A DNA stretch of 64,000 nucleotides from Candidatus Sericytochromatia bacterium (GTDB lineage: Bacteria; Cyanobacteriota; Sericytochromatia; S15B-MN24; JAQBPE01): assembly GCA_035285125.1 (NCBI GenBank), contig JAYKHR010000066.1, positions 32,001-96,000 on the forward strand, in the 5' to 3' direction. Shown one piece after another: positions 62,026 to 64,000 of this stretch. The position numbers and the translations under genes were made by a program. Each line of letters opens with the position of its first letter. The stretch's first letter is position 1. Under the pieces are notes generated by a model. The model worked only from the letters and a program-made list of their open reading frames with translations. It searched no databases and had not been told where the DNA came from.

Positions 62026-63119
62026 CTGGCGGCGATGGGCAGCTCGAAGAAGAAGACGCTGCCGCCCCCATCGCCATCGCGCACGGTGAGCAAGCCCCCC
62101 ATGGCCTGCACCGCCCGGTCGCAGAAGGCCAGGCCGAGCCCGTAGCCCTGGCGGCCTTCCTCCGACCGGCGGTCGACCTGGGCGTAGCGACCGAAGATGG
62201 TGGCCTTCATCTCGTCCGGGATGCCAGGCCCCGTGTCGTGCACCTCGACCTTGACGCGGCCCTGCCCAGCCTCCACGGCCAGTTGCACGCCACCCTCAGG
62301 CGTGAACTTCAACGCATTCGAGAGCAGGTTGTCCACCACGCGCTTCAGCAGCGACGGGTCGGCGTCGACCATCGGCACGTCAGGCGGCACCACCGCCGAC
62401 AGCGCGATGCCGCGCGAGGTCGCGAGGGGACGCAACACCGAAAGGCTGCGCTTGACGAGCACAGCCAGATCGACGGGCCGGGTGTCCGGCGTGAAGCCCT
62501 CTTCCTCGAGGCGGTTGGACTGGAGGAGGTCGTCGACGAGGCTCGCGACCTCCTCCACGGCGGTCAAAGCGTTCTGCAACATCGCATGGCGTGCATTGCT
62601 TTCGTCTTCCTGCCGCTTCAGCACCCCGAGGGTCAGGCGGATGCCGTCCAGGGGGGCGCGCATGTCGTGCACCAGCATCGAGGAGAAGTCACGGCGGAGG
62701 CGTTCCACCTCGCGCTCGGCAGCCGCCAGGCGCAGCGTGTTGCGGATGCGCACCACCAGTTCATCCATCTGAATCGGCTTGGTGAGGTACTCGGAGGCCC
62801 CGAGTTCCAGGCCGCGCGCAACCATGTCCGCCTCTTTGCGGTTGGCGGTCAGGATGATCACCGGGATGCGTGCCGTGCGAGGGTTCCGACGCAGACGTTC
62901 CAGGACCTCGAAGCCGTCCATGCCAGGCATCGCGAGGTCGAGCAGGATCAGCTCAGGGTGATTCTCCGCGGCGATCGACAGCCCCGTGGGGCCGTCATAG
63001 GCCGTTAGCACTTGAAAGCCGCGGGCGTCGAGGATGGCCTCGAGCAGGGCGACGTTGTCGTCCTGGTCGTCCACGACGAGGATCTTGCCCGCGTCGGGCA
63101 GCAAGCCAAGGTTGCTCAT
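62022..63119 (-). CDS. Hybrid receiver-histidine kinase (REC-HisKA-HATPase)
   Basis: VVDD, LDL.MP, KP; HDMRAPL; NLLSNA.KF, D.G.GI, G.GLGL. Confidence 0.93.
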   Translation of the reverse strand: MSNLGLLPDAGKILVVDDQDDNVALLEAILDARGFQVLTAYDGPTGLSIAAENHPELILLDLAMPGMDGFEVLERLRRNPRTARIPVIILTANRKEADMVARGLELGASEYLTKPIQMDELVVRIRNTLRLAAAEREVERLRRDFSSMLVHDMRAPLDGIRLTLGVLKRQEDESNARHAMLQNALTAVEEVASLVDDLLQSNRLEEEGFTPDTRPVDLAVLVKRSLSVLRPLATSRGIALSAVVPPDVPMVDADPSLLKRVVDNLLSNALKFTPEGGVQLAVEAGQGRVKVEVHDTGPGIPDEMKATIFGRYAQVDRRSEEGRQGYGLGLAFCDRAVQAMGGLLTVRDGDGGGSVFFFELPIAAS

Positions 63120-63217
63120 CAAGCGTCATTATAGCGTGAACGTCCGACCTCGGTCCGGCGTGGACACCAGCATGGCGGCCTCGCTATAATCGGGGCCTTG
63201 CAGGGAAGGGTGTACGG

Positions 63218-64000
63218 GTGGCAGAGAATCAGCGGGAACACAAGCTGCAGCGGCTGGTCGAGGCCAGCATGCTCCTCCACCAGGAGCTGTCGCTGGAGGC
63301 CCTGCTTGGCAGGCTGGTCGACGCCACGGCCAGCCTGGTCGATGCCAAGTACGTGGCCCTGGTCTCCCTGAAGGACGACCACACCATAGACCGGTTCATC
63401 TACCGTGGCTTGACGCCCGAGCAAGTGGCTGCGATGCCGCACGTGCCCCACGGGAAGGGGTTGCTGGGGGCTTTGCTCACCGAGGGGCGGCCCCTGCGGC
63501 TCGCCGAGATGCGCTCCGACCCCCGCTCCATCGGCTTCCCGGAGGGGCACCCGCCCATGCACGGCTTCCTGGGCGTGCCCATCCTGTGGCGCGGCCGCGT
63601 GTTCGGCCGCCTTTACTGCACGGAAAAGCTCTCGGGCCCAGAGTTCACGGCCGAGGACGAGGAGATCGTCACGATGCTGGCCGCCCAGGCCGCCGTGGCC
63701 ATCGAGAACGCCGGCCTCTATGAACACGCCCGGGCGGCCAGCCGGCTCAAGAGCGAGTTCCTGGCCAACATGAGCCATGAGCTTCGAACGCCGATGAATG
63801 CCATCCTGGGCTTCACAGAGTTGGTGCACAACGGCATGCTGGGGCCCGTGACCGAAAAGCAGAAGGAGGGGCTCGGCAGGGTGCTGCGGAACGCGCGGAA
63901 CCTGCTGGACCTCATCAACGACGTGCTGGACCTCTCCAAGATCGAGGCGGGCAGGATGGAGGTGGCTGTCCAGAATTTCAACCCACGGGCGGTGGTCGAG
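63218..64000 (+). CDS. GAF-sensor histidine kinase, DosS/DevS-like GAF plus HisKA (runs off the window)
   Basis: Open from GTG63218 to the window end and absent from the ORF track; P.G.GLLG, SIGFPEGHPPM..FLGVPI, FLANMSHELRTPM; TATAAT at 63185-63190. Confidence 0.9.
   Translation, partial: MAENQREHKLQRLVEASMLLHQELSLEALLGRLVDATASLVDAKYVALVSLKDDHTIDRFIYRGLTPEQVAAMPHVPHGKGLLGALLTEGRPLRLAEMRSDPRSIGFPEGHPPMHGFLGVPILWRGRVFGRLYCTEKLSGPEFTAEDEEIVTMLAAQAAVAIENAGLYEHARAASRLKSEFLANMSHELRTPMNAILGFTELVHNGMLGPVTEKQKEGLGRVLRNARNLLDLINDVLDLSKIEAGRMEVAVQNFNPRAVVE

Overview
GC-rich, gene-dense chromosomal segment of a diderm bacterium. Some genes look cyanobacterial (two-domain SagB-like nitroreductase, SigF/SigB-like sigma) while the metabolism looks heterotrophic, which suggests a non-photosynthetic Cyanobacteriota relative such as Sericytochromatia; this placement is inference only. 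Most of the window is housekeeping: ribD-ribE-ribBA, ald, gdhA, ligA, gpsA plus a PlsB-like acyltransferase, clpP, ansA, glk, icmF, coaE, tadA, purA, a tRNA-Arg/tRNA-Gln pair, transporters and a two-component cluster at the right end. I saw no CRISPR array, integrase or transposase. Best leads: (1) an operon pairing a soluble FlhA-C-terminal (FHIPEP) protein with a stand-alone four-repeat MshEN (c-di-GMP-binding-type) protein; (2) a 20-aa hydrophobic peptide gene missing from the ORF track, with its own sigma70-type promoter and SD, antisense within the tadA 3' end (type I toxin-like); (3) a degenerate QueC-like protein coupled to purA; (4) a USP / NarL regulator / DosS-like GAF kinase cluster; (5) a class A beta-lactamase-like-SH3-NlpC/P60 fusion; (6) sigma28-like promoters upstream of the alternative sigma factor and an EF-hand lipoprotein. 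All family calls come from motifs recognised by eye, with no database searches; several starts were adjusted using SD and stop/start overlap evidence.
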